A stretch of 64,000 nt of DNA from an archaeon (GCA_018696395.1 JABHQR010000013.1:1802-65801), one strand, 5' to 3'. Shown: positions 9,832 through 20,164, counted from the stretch's first letter. Numbers and translations are program-made. The notes: a model not told the origin generated them from the sequence alone.

Positions 9832-10215
9832 ATGGCATATGGGGCAGAATCAATAAATGGTAAAGGCTTTGCAGATAATACGGCTACGCATGAGTATAAT
9901 TCTAAAACTAAAATTCACTTAACTAATATGCCTGACGCAAGTAAATACTTTTGTAAAAATCCAGACGATATTTACCTTAAGAATATATTTAAAATTCAAA
10001 CACCAATTTCAGTTAATGGTTCTAAAATATACCAAACCTCATTAGATAGTAAACTAACTAAAAATGATTCTTTAAATAAATTAATGTATGATTCATTTAA
10101 ACCCAATTCTGCTTATAGCCCAGTTACTGCCAATTATATGTCATTAAATGCAAAAGAATTTTACAAAGGGTTAGATGATTTAGAATACTTAAGTGGAGGA
10201 GTTGGGTATCATTAA
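9832..10215 (+). CDS. Hypothetical protein
   Basis: 127 aa ORF with no recognisable motif. Confidence 0.3.
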   Translation: MAYGAESINGKGFADNTATHEYNSKTKIHLTNMPDASKYFCKNPDDIYLKNIFKIQTPISVNGSKIYQTSLDSKLTKNDSLNKLMYDSFKPNSAYSPVTANYMSLNAKEFYKGLDDLEYLSGGVGYH

Positions 10216-10217
10216 AT

Positions 10218-11066
10218 TTAACACCAACTACTTGATAAAGTCCTATCTGGGAATAAAGTTACTTTCTGCCCAGTTTGATATTTTTGATCATTACTTTTTC
10301 TTAACAACCTTATTCTATTATTAGAATTGTTTTGCTCAGCTGCCCATACATCCATTTTGTTAAGTTCATATTCAGAAGGGCTCAATTCATCATCAACAAC
10401 ATCATTGTCATTTCTAATCGACCATGCAGAAACATGATCAAAACCGATATTTCTCAACTCACTTACTATACCAACATATTCATTAAAAGTACCAATATTA
10501 TTTTTAGATAATACTACATTTGCCCTTGCTAGTAGTCCCGAAGAATGTATTCTTGAAACGATTAAATCTAATGAGGGATAATTTCCCACATTATAAATTT
10601 CTGCATTTTTTTCAAGGTCTAAATTATGTACAGTAATGTAAACTGTTTTCAGCCCTAAACCTTGCCATAAAGGCAAATACTTTTCACTAAATTTTTCTTC
10701 TTCACCAATCTTAATCCCATTGGAATAAAGATTGACCCAATCATATTTCATCCCTTCAAGTTCTAATTTTTGAACAAGTTCTAAAGTTAGAGTAACAGAT
10801 AAAGGAGATAATGTTGGTTCACCTCCACTTGTAATAGATAAAGACCTGGAACCTTGTTCATAACAAGATTTTAAAGTATTATAAAATAATTTTTCATTTA
10901 TCACACCATCATTTTTAGGCGCATATTTACGATGAATTATACCAGCACAATGTTTACATTTAGCATTACATTCACCTGTACCAACAAATAAACCTAAACT
11001 TAATATATTATTTTTACTATCTTCTTTTGAAGTCATTTCATACACAGAGCTCCTTTTTTTATCCAA
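10218..11066 (-). CDS. Radical SAM domain protein (paralog 2 of a tandem pair)
   Basis: 282 aa. CNAKCKHC (CX3CX2C) near the N-terminus, and a GGEP glycine-rich SAM motif (SITSGGEPTLSP). Confidence 0.75.
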   Translation of the reverse strand: MDKKRSSVYEMTSKEDSKNNILSLGLFVGTGECNAKCKHCAGIIHRKYAPKNDGVINEKLFYNTLKSCYEQGSRSLSITSGGEPTLSPLSVTLTLELVQKLELEGMKYDWVNLYSNGIKIGEEEKFSEKYLPLWQGLGLKTVYITVHNLDLEKNAEIYNVGNYPSLDLIVSRIHSSGLLARANVVLSKNNIGTFNEYVGIVSELRNIGFDHVSAWSIRNDNDVVDDELSPSEYELNKMDVWAAEQNNSNNRIRLLRKSNDQKYQTGQKVTLFPDRTLSSSWC

Positions 11067-11908
11067 GAATATGCCACAGTATTATCTTGAAAAACAACCA
11101 ATTGTCTAACAAAATCTTTTTTAGGATTATGTTTAGTAACATAATTAGTATATCTCAAGATACTTCCATGATAATCAAACACACCACCGCCCCAAACATG
11201 CCCATGACAGATTTTGGCGTTAAGATGTAACCAAGCTTGTATGCCAAGTAAACCTAATCTTGAAGGAGTATATTTATTTCTAGTAGAATCAGGATTACCA
11301 ACTGGCCAAGAAGTTATGTTGTTAATACCTTTATCAATTAAAGTTGTTACAGAAGATTCATACTTTTTATGATTATCAACACCACCCTTCCTTAACAAAA
11401 GAGTACCTCTCACCCCTAAACCATGTTTTTCTACATTTCTTACAATAGTTTCGAAATCAGGATATTTTTTTATCCCATAAATTTGTGTTTGTTTATTTTC
11501 ATCAACCTCATGAATAGAAACTGCAACATTGTTTAAACCTAATTTTCTCCAAGTATCAAGATATTTATCACAAAAATTTTCATCACCCAACAAGATACCA
11601 TTAGTAAATAAATTTACATTTGGAAAGTAAGCACCTTCCTGAGCACATTTATTATAAATTTTTAAAGCATCAGTTAATGCACCTGGATCACAAGTAGGTT
11701 CGCCACTAGAAGTTAGAGATAATGACCAACCACCATACCTTGCAGACAATTTAATCGCAGCTTCAAGGTTCTTATCATAAAGTTTGTTTTCTTCACTTGA
11801 TTTTGCTTCTGATCTCAAATATTTTCCTGCACAAAAATCACAATTTGCATTACAAGCACCATCACCAACTAAAGCTGAAACACTATAAATCTTTTCGATA
11901 CAAGCCAT
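11033..11908 (-). CDS. Radical SAM domain protein (paralog 1 of a tandem pair)
   Basis: 291 aa. CNANCDFC (CX3CX2C) and LTSSGEPT. Colinear similarity to the downstream paralog (LFTNGILLGDENFCDKYLDTWRKLGL vs LYSNGIKIGEEEKFSEKYLPLWQGLGL). The two genes overlap by 34 nt. Confidence 0.75.
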   Translation of the reverse strand: MACIEKIYSVSALVGDGACNANCDFCAGKYLRSEAKSSEENKLYDKNLEAAIKLSARYGGWSLSLTSSGEPTCDPGALTDALKIYNKCAQEGAYFPNVNLFTNGILLGDENFCDKYLDTWRKLGLNNVAVSIHEVDENKQTQIYGIKKYPDFETIVRNVEKHGLGVRGTLLLRKGGVDNHKKYESSVTTLIDKGINNITSWPVGNPDSTRNKYTPSRLGLLGIQAWLHLNAKICHGHVWGGGVFDYHGSILRYTNYVTKHNPKKDFVRQLVVFQDNTVAYSWIKKGALCMK

Positions 11909-12041
11909 GTTATCACCTAAGTTATATTAGTAGTTTTACAATATAACCAAATTGTGAGAAATATTTTTCTGAGTAGTTGGAATTTTAGGTTTAGTTTTTA
12001 GTTACGAAATTTATTTAATTAAAAGATAATTAATAACAAGG

Positions 12042-12311
12042 ATGGAAATTAAACTAATTAAAGAAAATGATAAAGGAAAGACATATCAAACCGATGATTT
12101 TAAGATTTTATATAGATATAAAGATAAAATAGCAGGTGACAATTCTGAAAATGTTGAAGAGTTAATCTATTTTATTGCTGGTTCTGCTGAAATCACATTA
12201 AAAAATAAAACTTGGATTGTTACTTCCCCTGCAAAAGTAGAGTTCCCAGCTAAGACTTATCATAAAATTAAAGCTTTAACAAATATAAACTTTATACTTT
12301 TTGAAAAATAG
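12042..12311 (+). CDS. Small cupin-fold-like protein (hypothetical)
   Basis: 89 aa. Weak resemblance to single-domain cupins. Confidence 0.35.
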   Translation: MEIKLIKENDKGKTYQTDDFKILYRYKDKIAGDNSENVEELIYFIAGSAEITLKNKTWIVTSPAKVEFPAKTYHKIKALTNINFILFEK

Positions 12312-12415
12312 TGTTTTAAAATACTTGTTAATTTAAAGAAAGATCATACTAATACTAACTCATTTTTATTTTTTTAGGTTATTTAGTACAGATTTGTTTT
12401 TATAATAAAACAATC

Positions 12416-13900
12416 TTGCTTATATTCTTGATGAGAAATTTAATTTCAATCAAGGACCTTCTTAGAGATGATATTGAATTATTGATTAAAAAATCTCTAA
12501 GTATGAAAAATAAAGGAATCAAACAAAGTGAAAAACAGATTAAAATTGCCTCCCTATTTTTCGAGAATTCTACAAGAACAAGAGTAAGTTTTGAAACTGC
12601 AGCTCAAAATTTAGGACATTACATTAATGGTTTTTCCGGAATTGAAGGTACTTCAGTAAAGAAAGGTGAACCTTTAATTGATACATTAAAAATGTTTGAG
12701 GGATATGGTTATCAATTAATCCACATGCGTCATAACCTAGAAGGATCATCAAGGTATGCGTCCGATAATTGTCAATGCAACATTGTTAATGGTGGTGATG
12801 GATCAAATAGTCATCCAACTCAAACACTAATTGATTTAATGACGATTAAAGAAAAAAAAGGAAAATTAGAAAACATTAAAATAGCATTAATTGGTGATCT
12901 GAAGTACGGGAGAACAGTTCACTCCTTACTTCAAGCGATGGAATGTTTTAATAGTAAAATTTTCTTAGTATCACCAGAAAGTTTAGCAATGTCAGAATGG
13001 CGAAAAAAAGATTACTCATCCAAAACAGGAAATGAACTAATAATTTCTAATAATTTAAATGAAGTTATAAAAGAGTTAGATGTATTATATGTCACCAGAA
13101 TTCAAAGAGAAAGGTTCCCAGAAGGATTAGAGGGAGATATTGAATACAAAAAAGTTAGTGGAAGTTATAATATTAATCCAGAACTGTTACAACAAGCTAA
13201 AAATGATCTTCTAATTTTACACCCTTTACCAAGATATAAATTTAATATGGAAATTAGTATGGACATAAATCAACTAGACCAATGTGGATATTATGATCAA
13301 GCAACTAATGGGAGATTTATGCGAGCAGCAATTATTGAATGTCTACTTAATAAAAAATTAAATGGAAAAACAAGAGAACCTAATAACAATCCTCAACTTT
13401 GGCAAAGTTTATCAATTAAGCATGGGACAAAAAAAGGCGAAAGGATGATTTATCGGTTAGATAATGGTACCTTAATAGACCATATTGAACATAACCGGGG
13501 AGATTTAGTAAGATCATTACTAGGGATTAATTCTCAAGAAGGTCCAATCTTAGTTGCGAGCGGTATTAGAAGTAAAACATATGGAAGAAAAGATGTTCTT
13601 GCAATACATAATGTATCATTAAGTCCTGAACAATCATATATGTTAGGCTTAATTTCTGACCAAGCCACAGTAAACATTATTCAAACACAGAAAGTAGTTC
13701 GTAAAGGTAAAGTTGGTCTTCCAGATGTAATTGACAATTTAGTTCAATGTCAAAATATGAGATGCATTTCAAGGCCAGAACATTATGAGTTTGCCACAAA
13801 CAAATTTTATGTTGAGAGTAGAGAACCATTAAAGATAAGGTGCCATTACTGTGAACACCCCATGGAAAGATCAGAAATAACTAAAGCTTTGATGGGTTGA
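12416..13900 (+). CDS. pyrB: Aspartate carbamoyltransferase, catalytic (PyrB) and regulatory (PyrI) domains fused in one polypeptide
   Basis: 494 aa. N-terminal STRTR (carbamoyl-phosphate binding), HPTQ and HPLP motifs of ATCase. The C-terminal ~150 aa carry the PyrI allosteric motif GTLIDHI and a Zn domain with C-x4-C ... C-x2-C (CQNMRC ... CHYC). Confidence 0.85.
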   Translation: MLIFLMRNLISIKDLLRDDIELLIKKSLSMKNKGIKQSEKQIKIASLFFENSTRTRVSFETAAQNLGHYINGFSGIEGTSVKKGEPLIDTLKMFEGYGYQLIHMRHNLEGSSRYASDNCQCNIVNGGDGSNSHPTQTLIDLMTIKEKKGKLENIKIALIGDLKYGRTVHSLLQAMECFNSKIFLVSPESLAMSEWRKKDYSSKTGNELIISNNLNEVIKELDVLYVTRIQRERFPEGLEGDIEYKKVSGSYNINPELLQQAKNDLLILHPLPRYKFNMEISMDINQLDQCGYYDQATNGRFMRAAIIECLLNKKLNGKTREPNNNPQLWQSLSIKHGTKKGERMIYRLDNGTLIDHIEHNRGDLVRSLLGINSQEGPILVASGIRSKTYGRKDVLAIHNVSLSPEQSYMLGLISDQATVNIIQTQKVVRKGKVGLPDVIDNLVQCQNMRCISRPEHYEFATNKFYVESREPLKIRCHYCEHPMERSEITKALMG

Positions 13901-13931
13901 ATTGGAAATATTCAAAAAAAAATGGAACAAT

Positions 13932-14639
13932 TTATTTTATTAATTCCTTAAACTTTTCTGATTCAAATAAGCGTTCATGCATTTTCTTAAAAGCATTTAT
14001 TTTTGTTCTATAATTTATTTTATCAGAAAATATTTTTTGTAGCTGTTTATAGAATTTTGGATCTTTCTCTTTAATATATGGAAAAGCCTGTTGAGGCCTT
14101 AATTCAAACTCTTGTCTGATACCAAACCACCAGTCAATTATATTTTCTGAATAATGCCAGGAAATTCTTAAGAACAATTCTGCAAAATTTTTATCCTTTA
14201 AATTGTCTTCAAATTTTTTCATATACCTTTGAGATTTGTATACCCTACCCTGTGCATAATATTTTGTCCACTTTTTAGGTCCTTTTTGATATATATCTAA
14301 AGCTTTCTTTCTTAATTTCTTACCAAATTCAGAATTAGTATCAAGTAGAACATTAGAATTTCTTAAATCTCTCCACAATTTAGGCGGAAAACTATTAATT
14401 TTCATTGAATTTTTGTAAACATCCAAATCTTCATGTTTAATAGTTTCTGGAAGTGAATTATAAAATTGATTAGGAGTTTCTTTTAGCAATTTTTTATCAG
14501 TAAACAAATAAATATCCCAGTCACTATTTGGTTTATAATCACCAACTGCCCTTGAACCAACAACAATAAGAACTTTAGCTTTATATCTATCTTTTAAAAA
14601 TTCAACAATTAAATTAAGCTTTTCATCTTTTTTAACCAT
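13932..14639 (-). CDS. Pol-beta-superfamily nucleotidyltransferase (KNTase/ANT-like, N-terminal NTase plus helical C-domain)
   Basis: 235 aa. Nucleotidyltransferase motif GSRAVGDYKPNSDWDIYLF (G[SG]...D.D). Confidence 0.6.
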   Translation of the reverse strand: MVKKDEKLNLIVEFLKDRYKAKVLIVVGSRAVGDYKPNSDWDIYLFTDKKLLKETPNQFYNSLPETIKHEDLDVYKNSMKINSFPPKLWRDLRNSNVLLDTNSEFGKKLRKKALDIYQKGPKKWTKYYAQGRVYKSQRYMKKFEDNLKDKNFAELFLRISWHYSENIIDWWFGIRQEFELRPQQAFPYIKEKDPKFYKQLQKIFSDKINYRTKINAFKKMHERLFESEKFKELIK

Positions 14640-14687
14640 AATGTATCTTGAAAGAACAAATAGTTTAATAATCTTTTTCTTTATTAA

Positions 14688-15470
14688 TCACTTACCAAAA
14701 AACCTTAACAAACCATCCTTAAACTTGTTTTTATTAATTTTTATCTTTTGGTGATTTACTTTCAACAGTTCCTTCTTCCTAACTAAACCTCGTTTGATTT
14801 TATAACTTCTAATTTGAAGATTAATTTGTTTTTCAATATCATCTTGATTAGGATAAAGTTTTTCTGCATCTTTAAACTGTTTTGAATGATAACTGTTTCT
14901 AGAACCATTATGTTTAAACTTCAAATGTTTATGTAACAGTTCATGGTACATTAGATAATCTAACATTGCAGGATTGGTTTCTTCAATCCCTTGAAAAATT
15001 TTTGATACAGTAACAGTATCATTATGGTAATTATAAGAAGCTAATCTTCTTGTAGAATCTCTCCCCCACACCAGATTTGGTTTATCTATCAAGTTAGCAA
15101 AAAATCGTTCATTTACCCTATAAAAAGATTCTTCAAGTTTAGGATCAATTTTTTCTGCTTCACTAAATTCATGAATTCTTTTAACGAAATTATTGTATAG
15201 GTTAATATTTAGTTTAGAATAATCTTTTTCATATTTTTTAGGTTTAAATACTTTCAAAAGAAGGGTTTGAATTAAACCAATTTTAATTTCATCATCAATA
15301 TTTTTCCATTTAAGGTTATACTTGATTTTAATATTTTTTTTTCCAAAACCATTATCATACTTAATATTGGCATTAAAATCAGAAAGTTGTAAACTATAAT
15401 GTTCTTCAAAATGATAATCAAATGTCCTATTTGGATATATCCTTCTAAAAGATTCTTCTATAAGGTTCAT
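14688..15470 (-). CDS. Putative Zn-dependent metallopeptidase-like protein (HExxH, SprT/WLM/DUF45-like)
   Basis: 260 aa. YHELLHKHLKFKH contains HExxH plus a downstream His. Confidence 0.45.
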   Translation of the reverse strand: MNLIEESFRRIYPNRTFDYHFEEHYSLQLSDFNANIKYDNGFGKKNIKIKYNLKWKNIDDEIKIGLIQTLLLKVFKPKKYEKDYSKLNINLYNNFVKRIHEFSEAEKIDPKLEESFYRVNERFFANLIDKPNLVWGRDSTRRLASYNYHNDTVTVSKIFQGIEETNPAMLDYLMYHELLHKHLKFKHNGSRNSYHSKQFKDAEKLYPNQDDIEKQINLQIRSYKIKRGLVRKKELLKVNHQKIKINKNKFKDGLLRFFGK

Positions 15471-15480
15471 TTTCTTAGAA

Positions 15481-16596
15481 TTATCCTATTGGAAACCTTA
15501 GTATTGCCGCAAATCCACCCATGTTCTTTAATTGAACACCCTCACGAGTTTCAGTGGAAATAATCTTTACTTCAGTTCCACCAACCTGGGCAAGTTCTTC
15601 AAAATGTAAAATTTTATCTTCACCAAGATCCTCAGATAAAAGCAAAATATTTACTGCACTCATTCCCAAAGCTCTAGTAACTTCAACTTCACCATACGAC
15701 ACTTTAGTATGGTCATCTAACATTTGTTTTAAGAAATCTTGTACAGCTTCCTTTTCTTTTGTAACTTCTTCTTCAGCTAGTAAATCACTTGATTTTTCTA
15801 ATAATTCTTGCAAACCAAAATCACCAGTATAGGACAAATCTTTAGTACCAATAATTTTTTTCTTAATATCACCAGTGATGTAATCTTTTCCTAAAAAACT
15901 TCCCACAGTAGTGCCTGGTCCACCAATAATAATACCTTTCAAATTTGTACCAATTGGAAGAAAATTTTCTTTCATATACTCAGCAATTTTTTTGAAATGA
16001 TCTTTGTATGCCCCTTCCCTAATACGTGCGAAACGTTGTGAAGATTGACCCCCAGCACGTGTTTTTCCAGGAACTTCAGAATGAGTCTTTTGTAAAGGTA
16101 CAATTGTTTTACCTTTTAATAATGCAATTACTGCATCCCTCCTGTCAAGAACAACTAAACCATATACTTCATGGTCAATTAACATTTCTTCCAAGATATC
16201 GGTAACAAAATTTTTATCACACCTATAAATTCTGATATTTAATGGAATTGGTGGTTCCATACTCCAAGCACGAATATCTTGCTTACCTTCTACCGATGCA
16301 ACATTACCAGCAAATACTGCCAAACCATGTTCAGGAGTTTTTGGAAAATTACGTAAATGTTGAATCATTTTTTCTAAAGATGCTTGAACATTCTTACGAG
16401 TTGATGCAGATTTAATGTTAGAAGCTGTACCTTGTTCTTCAGAAAGATGTTTAATGATTTTAGTGATCTCATATCCAGCAGGAATATAAACTGTTACAAA
16501 CTCAGTATGTAAAGCCTTATGAGACTTCAAATCCTTCATAAACTTTTTCAAATGTAACTTATCTTTGCTGGTTAATGCCATGGTATATTTAAACAC
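15481..16596 (-). CDS. prf1: Peptide chain release factor aRF1
   Basis: 371 aa. NIKS motif (TASNIKSAS) and GGQ motif (KTRAGGQSSQRF). Archaeal/eukaryotic class I release factor. Confidence 0.9.
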   Translation of the reverse strand: MFKYTMALTSKDKLHLKKFMKDLKSHKALHTEFVTVYIPAGYEITKIIKHLSEEQGTASNIKSASTRKNVQASLEKMIQHLRNFPKTPEHGLAVFAGNVASVEGKQDIRAWSMEPPIPLNIRIYRCDKNFVTDILEEMLIDHEVYGLVVLDRRDAVIALLKGKTIVPLQKTHSEVPGKTRAGGQSSQRFARIREGAYKDHFKKIAEYMKENFLPIGTNLKGIIIGGPGTTVGSFLGKDYITGDIKKKIIGTKDLSYTGDFGLQELLEKSSDLLAEEEVTKEKEAVQDFLKQMLDDHTKVSYGEVEVTRALGMSAVNILLLSEDLGEDKILHFEELAQVGGTEVKIISTETREGVQLKNMGGFAAILRFPIG

Positions 16597-16678
16597 GAGG
16601 TTAATTTATAAATGTTGTTGAAAAATAATTTTAAGATGAAATAATTATAATGTAAGATAAGAAGCTAAAATAATTTAA

Positions 16679-17182
16679 TTAAACTAACATACTAACTCCT
16701 TTCACCAACTCCTTTTGAACAATTTTTTTAGAACTATCAACCACAATATGCTTTACACCCAACTCAACTATTGCATCAAAACATTCGTCAAAGATTTCAC
16801 ATTGTAAATTTTCTTCAATTTTTTTCTTACCATACTTTCTTCCTTCAAGCCTTTCCCTTAGCTTTTTAAGATTAGAACATTTCATAACAATTGCTAAATC
16901 AATTATTTTTTTTGGTAAAAGGTGGGAGATATGAGTATCAAATACAAATATTTTAAGAGGATTATTTTTCAAGATTTCATCAATAACTTTCCTTAAAATT
17001 TTGATGTTAAGATCATAACATTTACTACTACGATCATACCCTAAAGAAAGTTTTTTATTTTGTTTCAACAGGTCATGCCAATCAATCTGTTCATATCCCA
17101 ATCTATCACACAACAATTTTGCAACAGTGGTTTTACCAGTACCGGGAGTACCAGTAATAATTATTAATTTTGCTCTTTTCAC
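16679..17182 (-). CDS. AK6/Fap7-like putative adenylate kinase or nucleoside triphosphatase
   Basis: 167 aa. P-loop ITGTPGTGKTT at the N-terminus. Size and layout match archaeal Fap7-like kinases. Confidence 0.65.
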   Translation of the reverse strand: MKRAKLIIITGTPGTGKTTVAKLLCDRLGYEQIDWHDLLKQNKKLSLGYDRSSKCYDLNIKILRKVIDEILKNNPLKIFVFDTHISHLLPKKIIDLAIVMKCSNLKKLRERLEGRKYGKKKIEENLQCEIFDECFDAIVELGVKHIVVDSSKKIVQKELVKGVSMLV

Positions 17183-17191
17183 TTTTTACTT

Positions 17192-19084
17192 CTACTTTTT
17201 CTTCCTTCTAGAAAATATTTTTATAAATGCAGGTGGCTTTTTAATTTTGATAGTATAATACTCTTCATCATGTAATTCTAATTTTTTCTTGTGAGGTTTA
17301 TAATCACCTCTTTCAATTGCTTTTTTACGTGCTTCTGCTCTTTCTTTCATATGTTGCTCTTTTTGTCTTTCTTTCTTATGTTTAGTGTACATAATTCTTT
17401 CCATAATTCTTTTTCTCACAATTGAATCTATAACCATAATTAACAAGAATAAAAATAAGCCATAGAAAAATAAGATTAAAAAGTCTTCCCAAACTGAAAA
17501 AAGAGTACCTTGAAATATGAACATTTCTCTAATTATATTTTGAGTAAGAACAAAAGGGTTTAACTTAGTAATTTCTCTTAACCCTTCAGACATACCCTCC
17601 ACTGGCAAAATAACTCCTGATACAAATAAGAAGAAACTACCTGTCGAGATTGAAGCTAAAATTCCTGTTTCCTCTGAACTAAATGCATATCCGATAACCA
17701 TACCTATTAAGCTAAACACAGTTGCAGCAAAAACAAGAGCAAGGAAAATAAAAGGGAATGTAGAAATAGACTCTGGCATAAATAATAAAGCAATAACAAG
17801 AATGACAATTAATTGAGCAATAATAATAACTAAATTAGTTAACACAGTAGCTAATACAAAAGTAACCTTTTTTACAGGAATCAAATAATTTCTCACATAA
17901 GCTTGATTACCTTTCTCAATCATTACTAAAGTACAACCTAACATGATAGAAAGGAACATCACTATTAATGTTAAAAGAATTGGGAACATATAATCTAAAT
18001 GACTATCACCAGAATTTACTGTTTCAATATTTGTTGTAATCGGACTTGAAACTACAGATGCATCTGAAACAGCTAAACTTTCCAAATTTGTTTGGATAGT
18101 AGTTAATGATTCGGACAGATCAGATAAAGAACCACTTAATTCAGATAATGAAGTTGTTAATCCTGTTACTGTTGAAGTTGTTGAATTTACAGAAGAAGCT
18201 GCTTCGACAACTTTAGAGTTAGCTTCTTCAAGTTCACCTATAAGCAAAGTCACCATATATTCAACTTGACCATAACTGTAAGTCCCATTACCAGATATTA
18301 AACTTGATACTTCATCCAAATCAGAATTAATATCACTTAAATAATCCTCAACATCACTTATATAAGAACCAGTTAAATTAGAATCCTCCAATGCTTCTTG
18401 AGCACTTTCAACATTACTTTCCGCTGATAAAATCCTAGAATTAGTATACATCCTAAATTCATCTAATAAGTTTTGGTCAATAGAATATTCTAAACTACCC
18501 AAATCAATAGTCCCAAGATTCGAACTAATTGTTTCTGAACTAGTTTTATATTCATCGTTAGAAGTTTTTAAAGATTGTAAGTTACTTACTTCGTTAGATA
18601 AAGAAGTTTGTGCAGAATAAATTTTAGTAAATAAATCACTAACTAAAGATTCAGAAAGTTCTTGAGTTTGCAAATCAAGTTCTTCAAAAAGAACTTCTTG
18701 AACAGCCCAAACAATATTAATTTTACTTTCATCAAGATAAAACGTAACTTCGGTGGCAGTATTCTCCGATATTTCAAAATTTAAAGGTAAAGATACACAA
18801 GCATGAATATTTTCTGATTGAACATCTTCGATACAATTATCAACATCAAAATAACTTACTGTACTATACCCTCGACTTTCTAAAGAATCAATTAAGGACA
18901 TACTAACATCTGAATTTGCTATAGTATGGATCCCAATTGTTAAACCATAAGTTTGTGAAGTACTATAAGATAATCCAATTAAAAGGATCATAAGTAAAGG
19001 TGCAAAGATTACAATTAAAGCAGAACTTTTAGACCTAACTAAAATTTTTAAATTCTTTTTTATCAATAAAGGTAAATATTTCAT
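17192..19084 (-). CDS. ABC-2 type transporter permease with a large extracytoplasmic domain
   Basis: 630 aa. N-terminal TM helix, a ~330 aa extracellular region, a C-terminal cluster of TM helices and a Lys-rich tail. Adjacent to the ABC ATPase gene. Confidence 0.6.
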   Translation of the reverse strand: MKYLPLLIKKNLKILVRSKSSALIVIFAPLLMILLIGLSYSTSQTYGLTIGIHTIANSDVSMSLIDSLESRGYSTVSYFDVDNCIEDVQSENIHACVSLPLNFEISENTATEVTFYLDESKINIVWAVQEVLFEELDLQTQELSESLVSDLFTKIYSAQTSLSNEVSNLQSLKTSNDEYKTSSETISSNLGTIDLGSLEYSIDQNLLDEFRMYTNSRILSAESNVESAQEALEDSNLTGSYISDVEDYLSDINSDLDEVSSLISGNGTYSYGQVEYMVTLLIGELEEANSKVVEAASSVNSTTSTVTGLTTSLSELSGSLSDLSESLTTIQTNLESLAVSDASVVSSPITTNIETVNSGDSHLDYMFPILLTLIVMFLSIMLGCTLVMIEKGNQAYVRNYLIPVKKVTFVLATVLTNLVIIIAQLIVILVIALLFMPESISTFPFIFLALVFAATVFSLIGMVIGYAFSSEETGILASISTGSFFLFVSGVILPVEGMSEGLREITKLNPFVLTQNIIREMFIFQGTLFSVWEDFLILFFYGLFLFLLIMVIDSIVRKRIMERIMYTKHKKERQKEQHMKERAEARKKAIERGDYKPHKKKLELHDEEYYTIKIKKPPAFIKIFSRRKKK

Positions 19085-19204
19085 CTTTCACATTCTCATG
19101 AATATCATTCATGACTCTTTTTTTAAGTTTTTATTTTGATTAATTAATTTTTATTTTGTAATAATTTCCTATGATTTACTTTTTATGAATTAATTACATG
19201 AATT

Positions 19205-20164
19205 TTAAGGTTTTAATATTTCTCCCCCATCTTTAGTTATTGTTTCAAAAATTGTTTTTAATGAAGGTTGAGAGATCTCCATCTGGTTAAGAGTTAAACC
19301 ATGTCTATCAATAAAAGAGGTAATAGCATTAACTGTTTGATTAAAATTATCTGATTCTAATAATATGTGGGTCCTACAATCAATTATTTTTTTAATTGGT
19401 AAACGTTTAGCATATTCTAAAAATAAGTCGTGATATTTCCCAGTCTTTAAACTGATTAAACTGTTTTGATGTAAGAAAGGTTTCCTTATTTCATCAATTT
19501 TCCCCTCATAATAAAATTTTCCTTCATTAACAATAGCAATCTTATTACAGATAAGCTCCATATTGTCTAAATCGTGAGATGCAATAATTACAGTAACACC
19601 CTGTTTATTAACTTCTTTAATTAGTTCAAGAATTTGATGTCTCAGTCCTGGATCAAGATCAGTTATTGGTTCATCCAATACTAATAATTTTGGTTTATGT
19701 ATTAAACTACAAGCTAAATCTAACCTACGTTGCATACCACCAGATAACTCTTCAGCTAAGAAATTTTTATATTCTAATAAACCCATAAAATCAAGAATGT
19801 TTTTAGCATTGTCAACCAATATGTTATCTCTGATCCCATAAGATCTTCCAAAATGTAAAACGTTTTCTTTAACTGTAAGTTTAGGATAGAAAGATAAATG
19901 TTGAGGGGTGAAACCAATCTTTTTTCTAATTTTCATATGATGTTTCTTTAGGTTTAGGCACTGCCCGGTTGGAGAATAAAATAAAACTTGCCCTTCATCA
20001 GGTTCAGAAAAACCCACAATCAAGTTTAATAAAGTTGACTTTCCAGAACCGGATTTACCTATAATACCAAATATATCGCCTTCTTCTACCACCATATTAA
20101 CATTAGATAGGATTAGACGAGACCCAAATTCCTTAGTCACCCCTTTTAATCTTAACAGTTCCAC
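19205..20164 (-). CDS. ABC transporter ATP-binding protein
   Basis: 319 aa. Walker A GKSGSGKST, signature LSGGMQRRL, Walker B LLVLDEP, H-loop ASHD. Confidence 0.85.
   Translation of the reverse strand: MELLRLKGVTKEFGSRLILSNVNMVVEEGDIFGIIGKSGSGKSTLLNLIVGFSEPDEGQVLFYSPTGQCLNLKKHHMKIRKKIGFTPQHLSFYPKLTVKENVLHFGRSYGIRDNILVDNAKNILDFMGLLEYKNFLAEELSGGMQRRLDLACSLIHKPKLLVLDEPITDLDPGLRHQILELIKEVNKQGVTVIIASHDLDNMELICNKIAIVNEGKFYYEGKIDEIRKPFLHQNSLISLKTGKYHDLFLEYAKRLPIKKIIDCRTHILLESDNFNQTVNAITSFIDRHGLTLNQMEISQPSLKTIFETITKDGGEILKP

Noticed and set aside
15554-15832. 92 aa ORF on the plus strand inside the aRF1 gene
   Set aside because: It is embedded antisense in a highly conserved gene with NIKS and GGQ motifs, so it is a random open frame.
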